From NCBI GenBank assembly GCA_964521955.1, contig CAZFTX010000001.1, forward strand, positions 42,386 to 106,385: a stretch of DNA of 64,000 nt. Reading direction: 5' to 3'. This stretch comes from an uncultured Candidatus Saccharibacteria bacterium. Its GTDB lineage: Bacteria > Patescibacteriota > Doudnabacteria > UBA920. The notes beneath the pieces were generated by a model. The model was not told the origin of the DNA. It was given only the letters and a program-made list of their open reading frames with translations, and made no database searches. Shown piece after piece: positions 37,883 to 46,997 of this stretch. How positions within the stretch are numbered: position 1 is the stretch's first letter; each line of letters begins with the position of its first letter. The position numbers and the translations under genes were made by a program.

Positions 37883-39112
37883 CTAAACTTTTAAAAAACT
37901 TTGTAATTCTTTAAGAGGAACCAATTCGGTTTTTTCTTCAGATCGCCTTTTTGCCTCTACAGAGTCTTTTTCTATGGTTTTTGGAGAAACGACAATTCTA
38001 AGAGGAATTCCTATAAGGTCGCTGTCTGCAAATTTTACCCCAGCAGACACTTCTCTGTCATCCCATAATACCTCAATCCCCTGTTTAAGTAAATCCTCAT
38101 ACACCTTTTTACTTTCACTTTCCGCACCTTTAAGCGAAATTAAATGAACCCTAAAAGGCGCGACGCTTTCAGGCCAAATAATTCCTTTACTATCATGATA
38201 TTTTTCCACCAAAACCCCCATAAGACGACTTGTACCAATACCATAACAACCCATAAGCACTTTTTGTTTACTTCCTTCTGTGTCAGTAAATTGCAAATTA
38301 AAAGCTGCGGAAAACTTATCCATAAGTTTAAAAATATTTCCAACTTCTGAGGCTGTAGTCTCTCTCCAAGTTGTTTTACAACAATTTGTACATTCAATAC
38401 CTTGAGAAAATATCTCTTTGTTTTTAGCCATGTTACACTTTTCGCAAATATAAATTGTGTCTTCACCATTTTCAATTTCTACCTGAAATTCGTGTGAAAA
38501 TTTAGAAAAACTCCCCCCTGAAGCTTCTGTATAAATTGCTTTTAAGCCTAGGGCTTCAAAAACTTTTTTATACGCAGGAACTGCAACTTCGTTATAGTAT
38601 TTTTCCAAATCTTCTTCAGAAGCATGAAAACTGTAAAGGTCTTTCATCCTAAATTCACGGCCACGCATTAAACCGGACTTAGCCCGTGCCTCGTCTCTAA
38701 ACTTAGTTTGAATTTGGTAAACTGCCAAAGGCAAGTCTCTGTAACTGTTTATAATTGGCAAAGCCAATGGTGTCACAACTTCTTCATGGGTTGGACCTAG
38801 TGCATATTCGTAACCATGAATTGATTTAATTTTAAAAAGAATGTCTAAAGTCTTCCATCTATCTGTAGTCTCCCAGTTAGCTTTTGGGTGTAAAGAAGGC
38901 ATAAAAATTTCTTGACCGCCAATATTTTCCATCTCCTTTCTTACAATATTTTCAATTTTCGCCAAAACTTTCATCCCCAAAGGCAGATAAGAATACACTC
39001 CGGCCATTGTCTTTTGCACAAAACCACCCTGCTCTAAAAGCATAGCGTTTACAGAAACGTCATCTGCCGGTTTAGTCTTACTAGTTTTTAAGAAATATTT
39101 TGACTGTAGCAT
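37883..39112 (-). CDS. proS: proline--tRNA ligase (short form, no editing insertion)
   Basis: LGPTHEE, QIQTKFRDEARAKSGLMRGREF, MGCYGIG, GIIWP, anticodon-binding domain. Confidence 0.95.
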   Translation of the reverse strand: MLQSKYFLKTSKTKPADDVSVNAMLLEQGGFVQKTMAGVYSYLPLGMKVLAKIENIVRKEMENIGGQEIFMPSLHPKANWETTDRWKTLDILFKIKSIHGYEYALGPTHEEVVTPLALPIINSYRDLPLAVYQIQTKFRDEARAKSGLMRGREFRMKDLYSFHASEEDLEKYYNEVAVPAYKKVFEALGLKAIYTEASGGSFSKFSHEFQVEIENGEDTIYICEKCNMAKNKEIFSQGIECTNCCKTTWRETTASEVGNIFKLMDKFSAAFNLQFTDTEGSKQKVLMGCYGIGTSRLMGVLVEKYHDSKGIIWPESVAPFRVHLISLKGAESESKKVYEDLLKQGIEVLWDDREVSAGVKFADSDLIGIPLRIVVSPKTIEKDSVEAKRRSEEKTELVPLKELQSFLKV

Positions 39113-39115
39113 ATT

Positions 39116-40264
39116 CTAAATAATTCCTTTTACATCTTTAATTGTCACTAAAAGCATTAAAAGCAAAAGCAAAGCAAAACCTGCGGCATTTGCCCACTGT
39201 TCTATTTTTTGATTATTCTTTTTGCCTCGAATTTTTTCTACAATCAAAAACAAAACTCTTCCGCCATCCAACGCCGGAAAGGGAAGAATGTTTAATATAG
39301 CTAAATTCAAAGACAAAAATGAAGTAAACTGCAATAAATATACCCAACCTAAATCTGCCACTTCGCCGGTTAGTTTAGCAATCCTTACCGGTCCGCCTAA
39401 ATTGTCCAAAGAAGGTTTATTTGCAAAGAATTCATACAAACCCACAACTATGCTTTTCAACTGAAAAACCGTAGTTTTTGCGCCTTCAGCAAAAGCAGTA
39501 AAGACAGGATATTTTAACTTCCCCATATAAGCCAAAGCTATACCAGTAGGGCCCTGATCCTCAGTGGGCACTTGTGATTGAACTTTAATATCCTGGGTAC
39601 TTTCACCACGCTTAATGGTAAAAACCAATTCTTTTCCTGCGTTTTCTCTAATATAACTTTGCAAATCTTGCAAAATTGTTACATCTTGTCCGTCAATTTT
39701 TAAAACTATATCTGTTGGCTTAATTCCGGCTTTTTCTGCGGGAAAATCTTTAACTACTTCTATAATTGCTACTTGCTTATTTATAAATTGGGCATTTTTC
39801 GGCAAATCTTCAGGGTTGTCTAAAGCCACAGGCAAACCGGCAATATAACCGCCTGAAGTTAAAACCCAAGCTAAAATTACATTCATAGTCACCCCGGCAA
39901 CCAGTGTAAAAAACCTGCCCCAAAAAGGACGGTTAATAAACGAACGAGGGTCATTTTCCTGCTCGTTGTTTTCTCCCATAATTTTCACAAACCCACCAAG
40001 AGGAATTAAATTAATGGAATACAAAGTTGAATCAGGGGCTTGCCCCGTTTGATCCCCACCTTCAATAGGTAATTCTTTTGGATGACCAAAAACAACCTTC
40101 CAACCGCTAGACGTTTTTTTTACACCGATCAAACGGGGAGGAAAACCAAACCCAAACTCTTCCACTTTCATCCCGCTTTTTTTGGCAACAATAAAATGCC
40201 CAAATTCATGGACTAAAACCAAAACTGCAAGTACTGCTATAAAAATTAGAGCTGTGATTAACAT
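39116..40264 (-). CDS. rseP: RIP metalloprotease RseP
   Basis: HEFGH, PLGGFVK, PDZ domain, NILPFPALDGG. Confidence 0.95.
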   Translation of the reverse strand: MLITALIFIAVLAVLVLVHEFGHFIVAKKSGMKVEEFGFGFPPRLIGVKKTSSGWKVVFGHPKELPIEGGDQTGQAPDSTLYSINLIPLGGFVKIMGENNEQENDPRSFINRPFWGRFFTLVAGVTMNVILAWVLTSGGYIAGLPVALDNPEDLPKNAQFINKQVAIIEVVKDFPAEKAGIKPTDIVLKIDGQDVTILQDLQSYIRENAGKELVFTIKRGESTQDIKVQSQVPTEDQGPTGIALAYMGKLKYPVFTAFAEGAKTTVFQLKSIVVGLYEFFANKPSLDNLGGPVRIAKLTGEVADLGWVYLLQFTSFLSLNLAILNILPFPALDGGRVLFLIVEKIRGKKNNQKIEQWANAAGFALLLLLMLLVTIKDVKGII

Positions 40265-40344
40265 ATATATAAACTTTTCTATTTCTTTCTATTATTCTTA
40301 ATTTTTGTCAATTTTGTTCAATTTTATTTATTTTTGTCATTACT

Positions 40345-40902
40345 CTACACTGTCATTATTTCTTTTTCTTTGCTTTCCGCGTGCTCTTTAATTTCTAAGT
40401 TTAACTTGTCTATAACTTCTTGTAATTTTTTTTGTCCGCCGGTCAAGTCATCTTTGCTTATTTTTCCATCCGCTTCTGCTTTTTTCATTTCTTTCATAAC
40501 TGACTCCCGAACATTTCTAACTCCAATTCTTGCTTTTTCCGCAGTCTGTCCGACCATTTTAACCATTTCTTTTCTTCTTTGTTCGTTTAAGGCGGGTAAA
40601 GTAATACGTATTACCGTGCCGTCACTGGAAGGGTTAAAACCCAAATTTGCAACTTGAATCCCTTTTTCAATAGCTTGCATTTGGCTTTTGTCCCAAGGAC
40701 TAATTACCAAAGTTTTTGCGTCTGAAACTGAAACACTAGCCACATGTTCCAGTGGCATTTTTGAACCGTAACTTTCTACCATAACAGTATTAAGCAAAGC
40801 TGGGTTTGCCCTTCCGGTTCTTATACCTGAAAGCTCGTGCAAAAAATGTTCTATGGCTTTGTCGAACTCGCTCTTACTACTTTCAATAATTTGTTGAATC
40901 AT
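40345..40902 (-). CDS. frr: ribosome recycling factor
   Basis: IRTGRANPALL, IEKGI, RNVR, KEKEIMTV. Confidence 0.97.
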   Translation of the reverse strand: MIQQIIESSKSEFDKAIEHFLHELSGIRTGRANPALLNTVMVESYGSKMPLEHVASVSVSDAKTLVISPWDKSQMQAIEKGIQVANLGFNPSSDGTVIRITLPALNEQRRKEMVKMVGQTAEKARIGVRNVRESVMKEMKKAEADGKISKDDLTGGQKKLQEVIDKLNLEIKEHAESKEKEIMTV

Positions 40903-40994
40903 AAAAATGAAAAATGTAAACCTCAAACTGTAAAATATAGGTGTCCCGCTTCGCGGGACTCTATAATTTTCAATTTTGATTTTTAAAGTTTAAA

Positions 40995-42065
40995 TTACTC
41001 AATATATACTCCTGCATATACTATTTGTGGCAACTCAGGGTCTACTAAAATATAGTTCACAAACCCGTTTGTGGCAATGCCTTGAGTTTGCCACGAGCTA
41101 CCTCCGTCTAAAGACTTGTAAATTGTGCTTCCCACGCTCGTAAATACTATATTACTACTACTTCTAGCGATGTAAATAGCCCTTGCATTAGACTCACCTT
41201 CTTTAATTGGAAGTTTTAAAAGCTCCCAAACTCCACCACCGTTGGTTGTTTTATAAACCCCGTTACTTGTAGCTAAATAAATTAAATTGCTGCTAAATGG
41301 ATCTAAGTAAAACTGGTTAAATGCTTCTACCCCTTGAGTATTATAAGTTAAGCTAGAAAAATTAATATCCCTAGCCAAGGTCTTACTAATATTTTCAAAG
41401 CTCTCTGCAAAACCAACACTTTTAAACAACCCCTTGGTCCTGGTAAGAACATAAACAGAATTGTTTTGCCAAATAATTCTTTGAATCCTATCACTAAAAT
41501 TTGTAGCTAAAATCCAAGAACCTCCGCCGTCAGCACTTTTAATTAAACTCCCGGAAGCTGTGCCAATTAAAACCTGACTAGTGTTGTTTGGGTTTATGCT
41601 CACACTTCTAACTGGATTTTCTGTGCCTTGTTCATTGTAAACCTCCACCCAAGAAGCACCTCCATCAGTAGTTTTTAAAAGCTTTCCAAAAGTTCCAAAA
41701 AAACCGGCGGCATACATAACATTAGAATTGTTTGGATCAATGGCAAAGTCATAAACTCCAACCTTTGAAAGTATACTGTACCAACTTGCACCTGAATCGT
41801 CGCTTTTAGCAATACCTAAATTGTAGCTGGAAGCATACACCACTTCCCGGTGATGTGGATTTAAAGCTATTTTTGAAATAGCATAAGGGTTTAAAGTACC
41901 CTGAGTTTCGTCTTTAAAAATATTAGAAAACTGCCAATCCGCTCCACCATTTACAGTTTTAACTACTCCTGCAGTTTCCGCTTTCCTTAAAGGATTACAA
42001 GAAGCCCCTAAAAAAACTACTGAGATTAAAATAATAAATATTTTTGTTTTCTCTTTTGTTGTCAT
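40995..42065 (-). CDS. BNR/Asp-box beta-propeller lipoprotein (YCF48-like)
   Basis: Lipobox LGASC; repeated KSxDGGxSW Asp-boxes. Confidence 0.8.
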   Translation of the reverse strand: MTTKEKTKIFIILISVVFLGASCNPLRKAETAGVVKTVNGGADWQFSNIFKDETQGTLNPYAISKIALNPHHREVVYASSYNLGIAKSDDSGASWYSILSKVGVYDFAIDPNNSNVMYAAGFFGTFGKLLKTTDGGASWVEVYNEQGTENPVRSVSINPNNTSQVLIGTASGSLIKSADGGGSWILATNFSDRIQRIIWQNNSVYVLTRTKGLFKSVGFAESFENISKTLARDINFSSLTYNTQGVEAFNQFYLDPFSSNLIYLATSNGVYKTTNGGGVWELLKLPIKEGESNARAIYIARSSSNIVFTSVGSTIYKSLDGGSSWQTQGIATNGFVNYILVDPELPQIVYAGVYIE

Positions 42066-42143
42066 TGTCGATTAATTCTTATTTATAATAAATTGCATAT
42101 TATTTTATCTGTGTAATCTGTCCGCCATCCGCGTATCAGCGGT

Positions 42144-42884
42144 CTATATTTTTAAAAACAAAGACTGTAAAAGCATTTTTTTGTTCCTGTTTAAATCTAA
42201 CTGTTTCAAAATTTCTGAAAAAACTCGAACCCTAGCAAAATTTTCCGGTCGCTGGCTTAAACTTTCAACTTCCAAATCTTGCCAAGTTTGCAAAACCTCC
42301 TTTAACTCAGCTATTTCTTTTTCTGCATATTCAGTAACTTTTAAAAGCCTGTCTGAAACAGAAGCTTTTTTTAATACTTTCAATTCATTTTCTAAGCTAG
42401 AAATATTTTCATTTTCAGTAAAATGAGCCCTTTGTTTTTGGGACGAGCGATTGAAATTTAAAGTTTGACACCTTGAAACTATAGTCGGTAAAAGCCTTTT
42501 GTTGGAAATCAGTATTAAGACAGCGGCTGGAGGCGGTTCTTCCAAAGTTTTAAGTAGCGCGTTTGAGCTTTGTTCATTTAAATTTTGGGCGTTGTCTATA
42601 ACAGCAACTTTAAATTTTGAAATAAAAGGTTTAAAAGAAACTTGGGTAATAAACTGCCTAACCTTTTCAACTCCAATTTCTTCTTGTGACTCTAAAATCT
42701 GAAAGTCAGGATGAGTTTCTAATTTTTCATTTTTTAAAACTGCTTTTGCAAATTCTAAGGCCAAAGCTTTTTTTCCGATAGAATTAGGACCATAAAACCA
42801 GTAAGCGTGAGGCAATCTGCCTGAAGCTTCTTGTTTTTCTAAAATATGTTTTACATTCTCGTGACCTAAAGTTTTCCATTCCAT
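42144..42884 (-). CDS. holB: DNA polymerase III delta' subunit
   Basis: HAYWFYGPNSIGKK, HPDF, NALLKTLEEPP, LPTIVSRC. Confidence 0.88.
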   Translation of the reverse strand: MEWKTLGHENVKHILEKQEASGRLPHAYWFYGPNSIGKKALALEFAKAVLKNEKLETHPDFQILESQEEIGVEKVRQFITQVSFKPFISKFKVAVIDNAQNLNEQSSNALLKTLEEPPPAAVLILISNKRLLPTIVSRCQTLNFNRSSQKQRAHFTENENISSLENELKVLKKASVSDRLLKVTEYAEKEIAELKEVLQTWQDLEVESLSQRPENFARVRVFSEILKQLDLNRNKKMLLQSLFLKI

Positions 42885-42978
42885 AACAACCTTTACTAAT
42901 TACTAATTTATACAAATATATGAATTTTTATAACACATTAGTATATTGGTAAGTTATTAGTATTTCGTAAATACTAAA

Positions 42979-43515
42979 TTATCTAGCACTAACATTAATT
43001 GAACCGAATACTGAAGAATTTAAGTGATCATGAAACTTCCAATTTCCGGCTTTTAAAAAAGTAAACTGCCACTTTGCCCCACTCGCGATTGGGTCTTTTG
43101 GGTCAAATTCAGGGTAGTCTGTATGAGTAGGGTGAGGAGCTGAAGCGGGCCACATATCCCCTTCGCTTTTATTTCTAAAGACTACTATATCTCCAACCTT
43201 AATATTAAGAGTAGCGGGAGAAAAAGCCTTACCGTCGTATACTATTTCAGAAACTAAAATATCAGGCGCCAAACCTTCAGCTTCACTGCCATCACTAAAA
43301 GTACTGGGTGCAGGTTTTTTTAATTCCGGTACCTGTTCAGGCTCAGTACCTAGATCGTTTATTGCCACCTGAGTTTGGGGAGAGTTTGTGTCTTTGATTT
43401 CAGAATCTTGCTCTTGATTGCTTGGAGCTATCGCTTTTTTGCTGTTTTGAGTATAAAAATAAAACCCAACACCAGCTAATATTAAAACCCCAATTATAAT
43501 TGATATTTTTTTCAT
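42979..43515 (-). CDS. membrane-anchored cupredoxin-domain protein
   Basis: FSPATLNIKVGDIVVF, WPASAPHPTH, WKFHDHLN. Confidence 0.75.
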   Translation of the reverse strand: MKKISIIIGVLILAGVGFYFYTQNSKKAIAPSNQEQDSEIKDTNSPQTQVAINDLGTEPEQVPELKKPAPSTFSDGSEAEGLAPDILVSEIVYDGKAFSPATLNIKVGDIVVFRNKSEGDMWPASAPHPTHTDYPEFDPKDPIASGAKWQFTFLKAGNWKFHDHLNSSVFGSINVSAR

Positions 43516-43541
43516 AAAGATTTAATCCTAATCTTAAAATA

Positions 43542-43559
43542 ATGCTATAATTATAGCAT
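43542..43559. promoter_or_regulatory. palindromic bidirectional extended -10 promoter
   Basis: atgctataattatagcat reads TGcTATAAT on both strands, between divergent ORFs. Confidence 0.65.
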
Positions 43560-43572
43560 AAAATTGATTTTT

Positions 43573-43713
43573 ATGAGAAAAAACAAGATTGAAGACGTCT
43601 TTATAAAAGCAAAACGCCGGGAAATTAAGAAACGCCCGAGAATGAAAGTTCACGGTCTTTCTTTAAAACTGAAAAATGCTCATGGCGGAAAAAAATTGGT
43701 GTCACAAAAGTAA
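43573..43713 (+). CDS. small basic protein, 46 aa (not in the ORF track)
   Basis: MRKNKIEDVFIKAKRREIKKRPRMKVHGLSLKLKNAHGGKKLVSQK*; fills the gap between the promoter and miaA. Confidence 0.55.
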   Translation: MRKNKIEDVFIKAKRREIKKRPRMKVHGLSLKLKNAHGGKKLVSQK

Positions 43714-43779
43714 ATTTAGACATCCCCCCGAGCGAATCCCGACCAGATCGGGACGAACCGAGGGGTGCCCAATAAACCT

Positions 43780-44706
43780 ATGAATTTAAAAAAAATTCTT
43801 GTCTTAATCGGACCCACAGCTTCGGGCAAGTCTGAACTAGGTGTCAGTCTCGCTAAAAAATTCAATGGAGAAATTATTTCTGCTGACAGTCGCCAAATTT
43901 ACAAAGATATGGACTTAGGTACAGGTAAGGTGGAGGGTAAATGGAAAAAAGATATTTTTATTTACAAAAATATCCCTCACCACTGCATTGATTTTATAAA
44001 TCCAAAAGTTAGGTTCTCTGTAGCACGTTTTCAAAAAAATACCAAAAAAATAATTGCCGATATTTTAAAGCGCGGCAAATTGCCTATTTTAGTAGGAGGA
44101 ACCGGCCACTACATAGACGCGGTTGTTTACAATATACAACTGCCAAACGTAAAACCCAATCTTGCCTTAAGAAAAAAATTAGAGCAATTCCCTACCGAAC
44201 GCCTATTTGCACAAATTAAAAACAAAGACCCAATTAGGGCAAAAACTATCGACCCTCACAACCGTCGTCGCCTCATCCGTGCCCTGGAAATAATCCTTAC
44301 CACCGGCAAACCGGTTCCTGTTCTACCTACAAGCTACGAGCTACAAGCTAACAACTATGATTCCTTATGGCTCGGCATTACCCTCCCCCAAGAAACACTC
44401 TATAAAAAAATAGAAAAACGCCTGAAGGAAAGACTTAAGTTAGGAATGATTAAAGAAGTTGAAAAACTTAAAAAATCAGGGCTCTCCTACAAACGCCTTG
44501 AGTCTTTTGGTTTGGAGTATAAATTCATAGCACTGTATTTACAAAAGAAAATTACTTACAAAGAAATGGAAGAAAAACTTCTCTTTGCAATTAAACACTA
44601 TTCCAAAAGACAACTCACTTGGTGGAAAAAAAACAAGGAAATTCACTGGATAAAACCAAACTTAACCAAAGCTACTAAACTGACTCAACAATTTTTATCC
44701 CAATAG
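43780..44706 (+). CDS. miaA: tRNA dimethylallyltransferase
   Basis: GPTASGKS, EIISADSRQIY, VGGTGHY, RRLIRALE, YSKRQLTW. Confidence 0.97.
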   Translation: MNLKKILVLIGPTASGKSELGVSLAKKFNGEIISADSRQIYKDMDLGTGKVEGKWKKDIFIYKNIPHHCIDFINPKVRFSVARFQKNTKKIIADILKRGKLPILVGGTGHYIDAVVYNIQLPNVKPNLALRKKLEQFPTERLFAQIKNKDPIRAKTIDPHNRRRLIRALEIILTTGKPVPVLPTSYELQANNYDSLWLGITLPQETLYKKIEKRLKERLKLGMIKEVEKLKKSGLSYKRLESFGLEYKFIALYLQKKITYKEMEEKLLFAIKHYSKRQLTWWKKNKEIHWIKPNLTKATKLTQQFLSQ

Positions 44707-44732
44707 TCTTCTCTGTTCACTAAGCTTAAACC

Positions 44733-44777
44733 TTGACTTAGGTTTTTTAGTTACATACAATTCCTGTGCCAAGGAGG
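44733..44777 (+). promoter_or_regulatory. sigma70 promoter and SD of an orphan mini-operon
   Basis: TTGACT-17-TACAAT; AAGGAGG at 44771-44777. Confidence 0.75.
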
Positions 44778-44782
44778 CAGTT

Positions 44783-45022
44783 ATGAACACACCTGCGACA
44801 GCAGGCTCACGCATCACGAAGAGTTTCGAGACATCCCCTGATGATCAAGTGAAAATCGCAAGGAGCTTGTTTCCAGCTTGTCACAGCGACCTAATCACAA
44901 GCAACTTCTTTGAACCTGGCAAGAAACCACCCGTCACCTGCCCTGACACGGACAGTGACTCGCCTACATACCAGTTTCCCACACCACTAAACGGCATTCC
45001 GTTCATGACGGAAAACGACTAA
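44783..45022 (+). CDS. orphan hypothetical protein, 79 aa
   Basis: Strong SD and own promoter. Confidence 0.6.
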   Translation: MNTPATAGSRITKSFETSPDDQVKIARSLFPACHSDLITSNFFEPGKKPPVTCPDTDSDSPTYQFPTPLNGIPFMTEND

Positions 45023-45043
45023 CAATCAACCTAGGAGGCAAGC

Positions 45044-45265
45044 ATGCCATACCAAACAAGAAACGGCACAGTGATTAAAACAGTGACCTATGATAAAACC
45101 ACTGGGAACATGAAAGTCGAAATTGCCCCTGATCGCGACCCAAGGATCGACGAAGCACTGGCAGAATTCCAGCGCCTAACGGCAGGCATGTTGGACGCAG
45201 CAACCCGCGACAGTGTTGACCGAGCTTTCGTGCAACTTGCAGAGAAACTCCTTCTGGAAAACTGA
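45044..45265 (+). CDS. orphan hypothetical protein, 73 aa
   Basis: AGGAGG SD before ATG. Confidence 0.65.
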   Translation: MPYQTRNGTVIKTVTYDKTTGNMKVEIAPDRDPRIDEALAEFQRLTAGMLDAATRDSVDRAFVQLAEKLLLEN

Positions 45266-45272
45266 CGACACC

Positions 45273-45413
45273 ATGACTGACAACTATCAACCCTTGCCTG
45301 AAGAGGAACCCTCTGAAACCAATGTCATACCAGCACAGTCGCAAGAACCCCAGTCAGCCGATCCCCATCCAGCCGCCGACCACACTTCTGTGCCCGAGGA
45401 TTACCATTGGTAG
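45273..45413 (+). CDS. small acidic Pro-rich ORF, 46 aa
   Basis: ATG 7 nt after the previous stop; ends just before the terminator. Confidence 0.4.
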   Translation: MTDNYQPLPEEEPSETNVIPAQSQEPQSADPHPAADHTSVPEDYHW

Positions 45414-45430
45414 ACTCTCGACACTCGCAA

Positions 45431-45482
45431 AACGCCGCCTCCGACACTCTCGGAAGCGGCGTTCCCTTTTTTCTTGCCCTAA
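45431..45482. terminator. intrinsic terminator
   Basis: aacgccgc-ctccga…tcggaa-gcggcgtt then ccctttttt. Confidence 0.7.
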
Positions 45483-45499
45483 TTACTTAGCGCTTAGCC

Positions 45500-46975
45500 C
45501 TATCCCAGCTTCTTCTTAAGAAGTTGATTGATCACTCCCGGATTCCCTTTACCCTTCAATTCTTTCATTGTCTGACCAACTAAAAACCCAAAAGACTTTT
45601 GTTCACCGGCTTTAAAATCTTGCACAGCTTTCTCATTTGCTTTTATAACTTTTTCAACAGCAACTTCAATAGCACTTTCGTCGCTCACCTGTTCTAAACC
45701 TAAGTCAGCTACAATATTGTCCGGCTCCCCGCCTTTTTCAAACATGACTTTAAACACTTGCTTAGCTGCACTGCCGGAAATTTTTCCCTGATCAATCAAT
45801 TTAATTAATTCAGCAAAATTTTCCGCAGTAACACAAGAATCCTTTGGATTAAAAAGTTTTTGGTTTAACGCAGCTGAAAACTCTTGCAAACACCAATTCG
45901 CAGCTTGCTTAATCAAACCCTGTCTATCCAAACCTTTTTCTTCTATCATCCACCCGTCCAGCTCACTAACCACTTCTTCAAAAAAATAAGCAAGTTCTTT
46001 CCAGTTAACCAAATTTTCAACATCCATCTCTGTTAAACCAAATTCTTCTTTAAACCTGGTTCTCTTTTGTGCCGGCAGTTCAGGGATACGTGCTTTTAAT
46101 TTTTCTAAAAACTCTTTATCAAATTTCAAAATTGGCAAATCCGGTTCCGGAAAATACCTATAATCATTCGCTTCTTCTTTACTTCTTTGCTCAACAGTTA
46201 CGTTTTCTTTTTCGTTCCAGCCCATGGTAACTTGTTTAGGCATGTCACCATTTTTTAAACTTTGAGTTTGCCTGACAATTTCATAATTAATTGCACTCTC
46301 AGCAAACTTAAAGGAGTTAATGTTTTTAACTTCCACTTTGTACTTTGGCAATGTTTCTTCACCGGGTTTTCTTACTGAAATGCTTGGCTCACAACGCATG
46401 GTACCTTTTTCCATGTCACAAGAAGAGGCTCCAACATAACGAATAATATTTCTAAGTTCTGTTAAAAATATCCTGGCTTCTTCCCCGCTTTCAATGTCTG
46501 GTTCGGTCACAACTTCTAAAAGCGGCGCACCTGCGCGGTTGTAATCAACTAAACTGTAAGACAAACCTTCAGGGTGAATATTTTTCCCAGCGTCTTCTTC
46601 TAAATGAGCACGTGTAATACGAACTCGTTTAACTTTGCCTTGCACGGTTATATCTAAATAGCCATTCTTAGCAATTGGTTGGTCAAACTGAGAAATTTGG
46701 TATCCTTTTGGCAAGTCAGGATAAAAGTAATGCTTTCGGTCAAACTTTGAAAATTCCGGAATTTCACAATTCAAAGCCAAACCTACCATAGCTGCAAGAC
46801 GTATAGCTTCTTTGTTAGCCACAGGTAAAGTTCCGGGCTGCCCAGTAACTATTTCGTCTATGTTAGTGTTAGGAACAGTTTCGTCGGGGTTATTTGGAGC
46901 AGGCGAAAACATCTTACTCTTTGTAGCAAGTTGTACGTGTATTTCAAGTCCAATTACTGGTCTAAATTCCGACAT
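45500..46975 (-). CDS. gatB: Asp/Glu-tRNA amidotransferase subunit B
   Basis: VIGLEIHVQL, FDRKHYFYPDLPKGYQISQ, HLEEDAGK, DYRYFPEPDLP. Confidence 0.98.
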   Translation of the reverse strand: MSEFRPVIGLEIHVQLATKSKMFSPAPNNPDETVPNTNIDEIVTGQPGTLPVANKEAIRLAAMVGLALNCEIPEFSKFDRKHYFYPDLPKGYQISQFDQPIAKNGYLDITVQGKVKRVRITRAHLEEDAGKNIHPEGLSYSLVDYNRAGAPLLEVVTEPDIESGEEARIFLTELRNIIRYVGASSCDMEKGTMRCEPSISVRKPGEETLPKYKVEVKNINSFKFAESAINYEIVRQTQSLKNGDMPKQVTMGWNEKENVTVEQRSKEEANDYRYFPEPDLPILKFDKEFLEKLKARIPELPAQKRTRFKEEFGLTEMDVENLVNWKELAYFFEEVVSELDGWMIEEKGLDRQGLIKQAANWCLQEFSAALNQKLFNPKDSCVTAENFAELIKLIDQGKISGSAAKQVFKVMFEKGGEPDNIVADLGLEQVSDESAIEVAVEKVIKANEKAVQDFKAGEQKSFGFLVGQTMKELKGKGNPGVINQLLKKKLG

Positions 46976-46997
46976 TAATTTAAAAATGTTTAAATGT

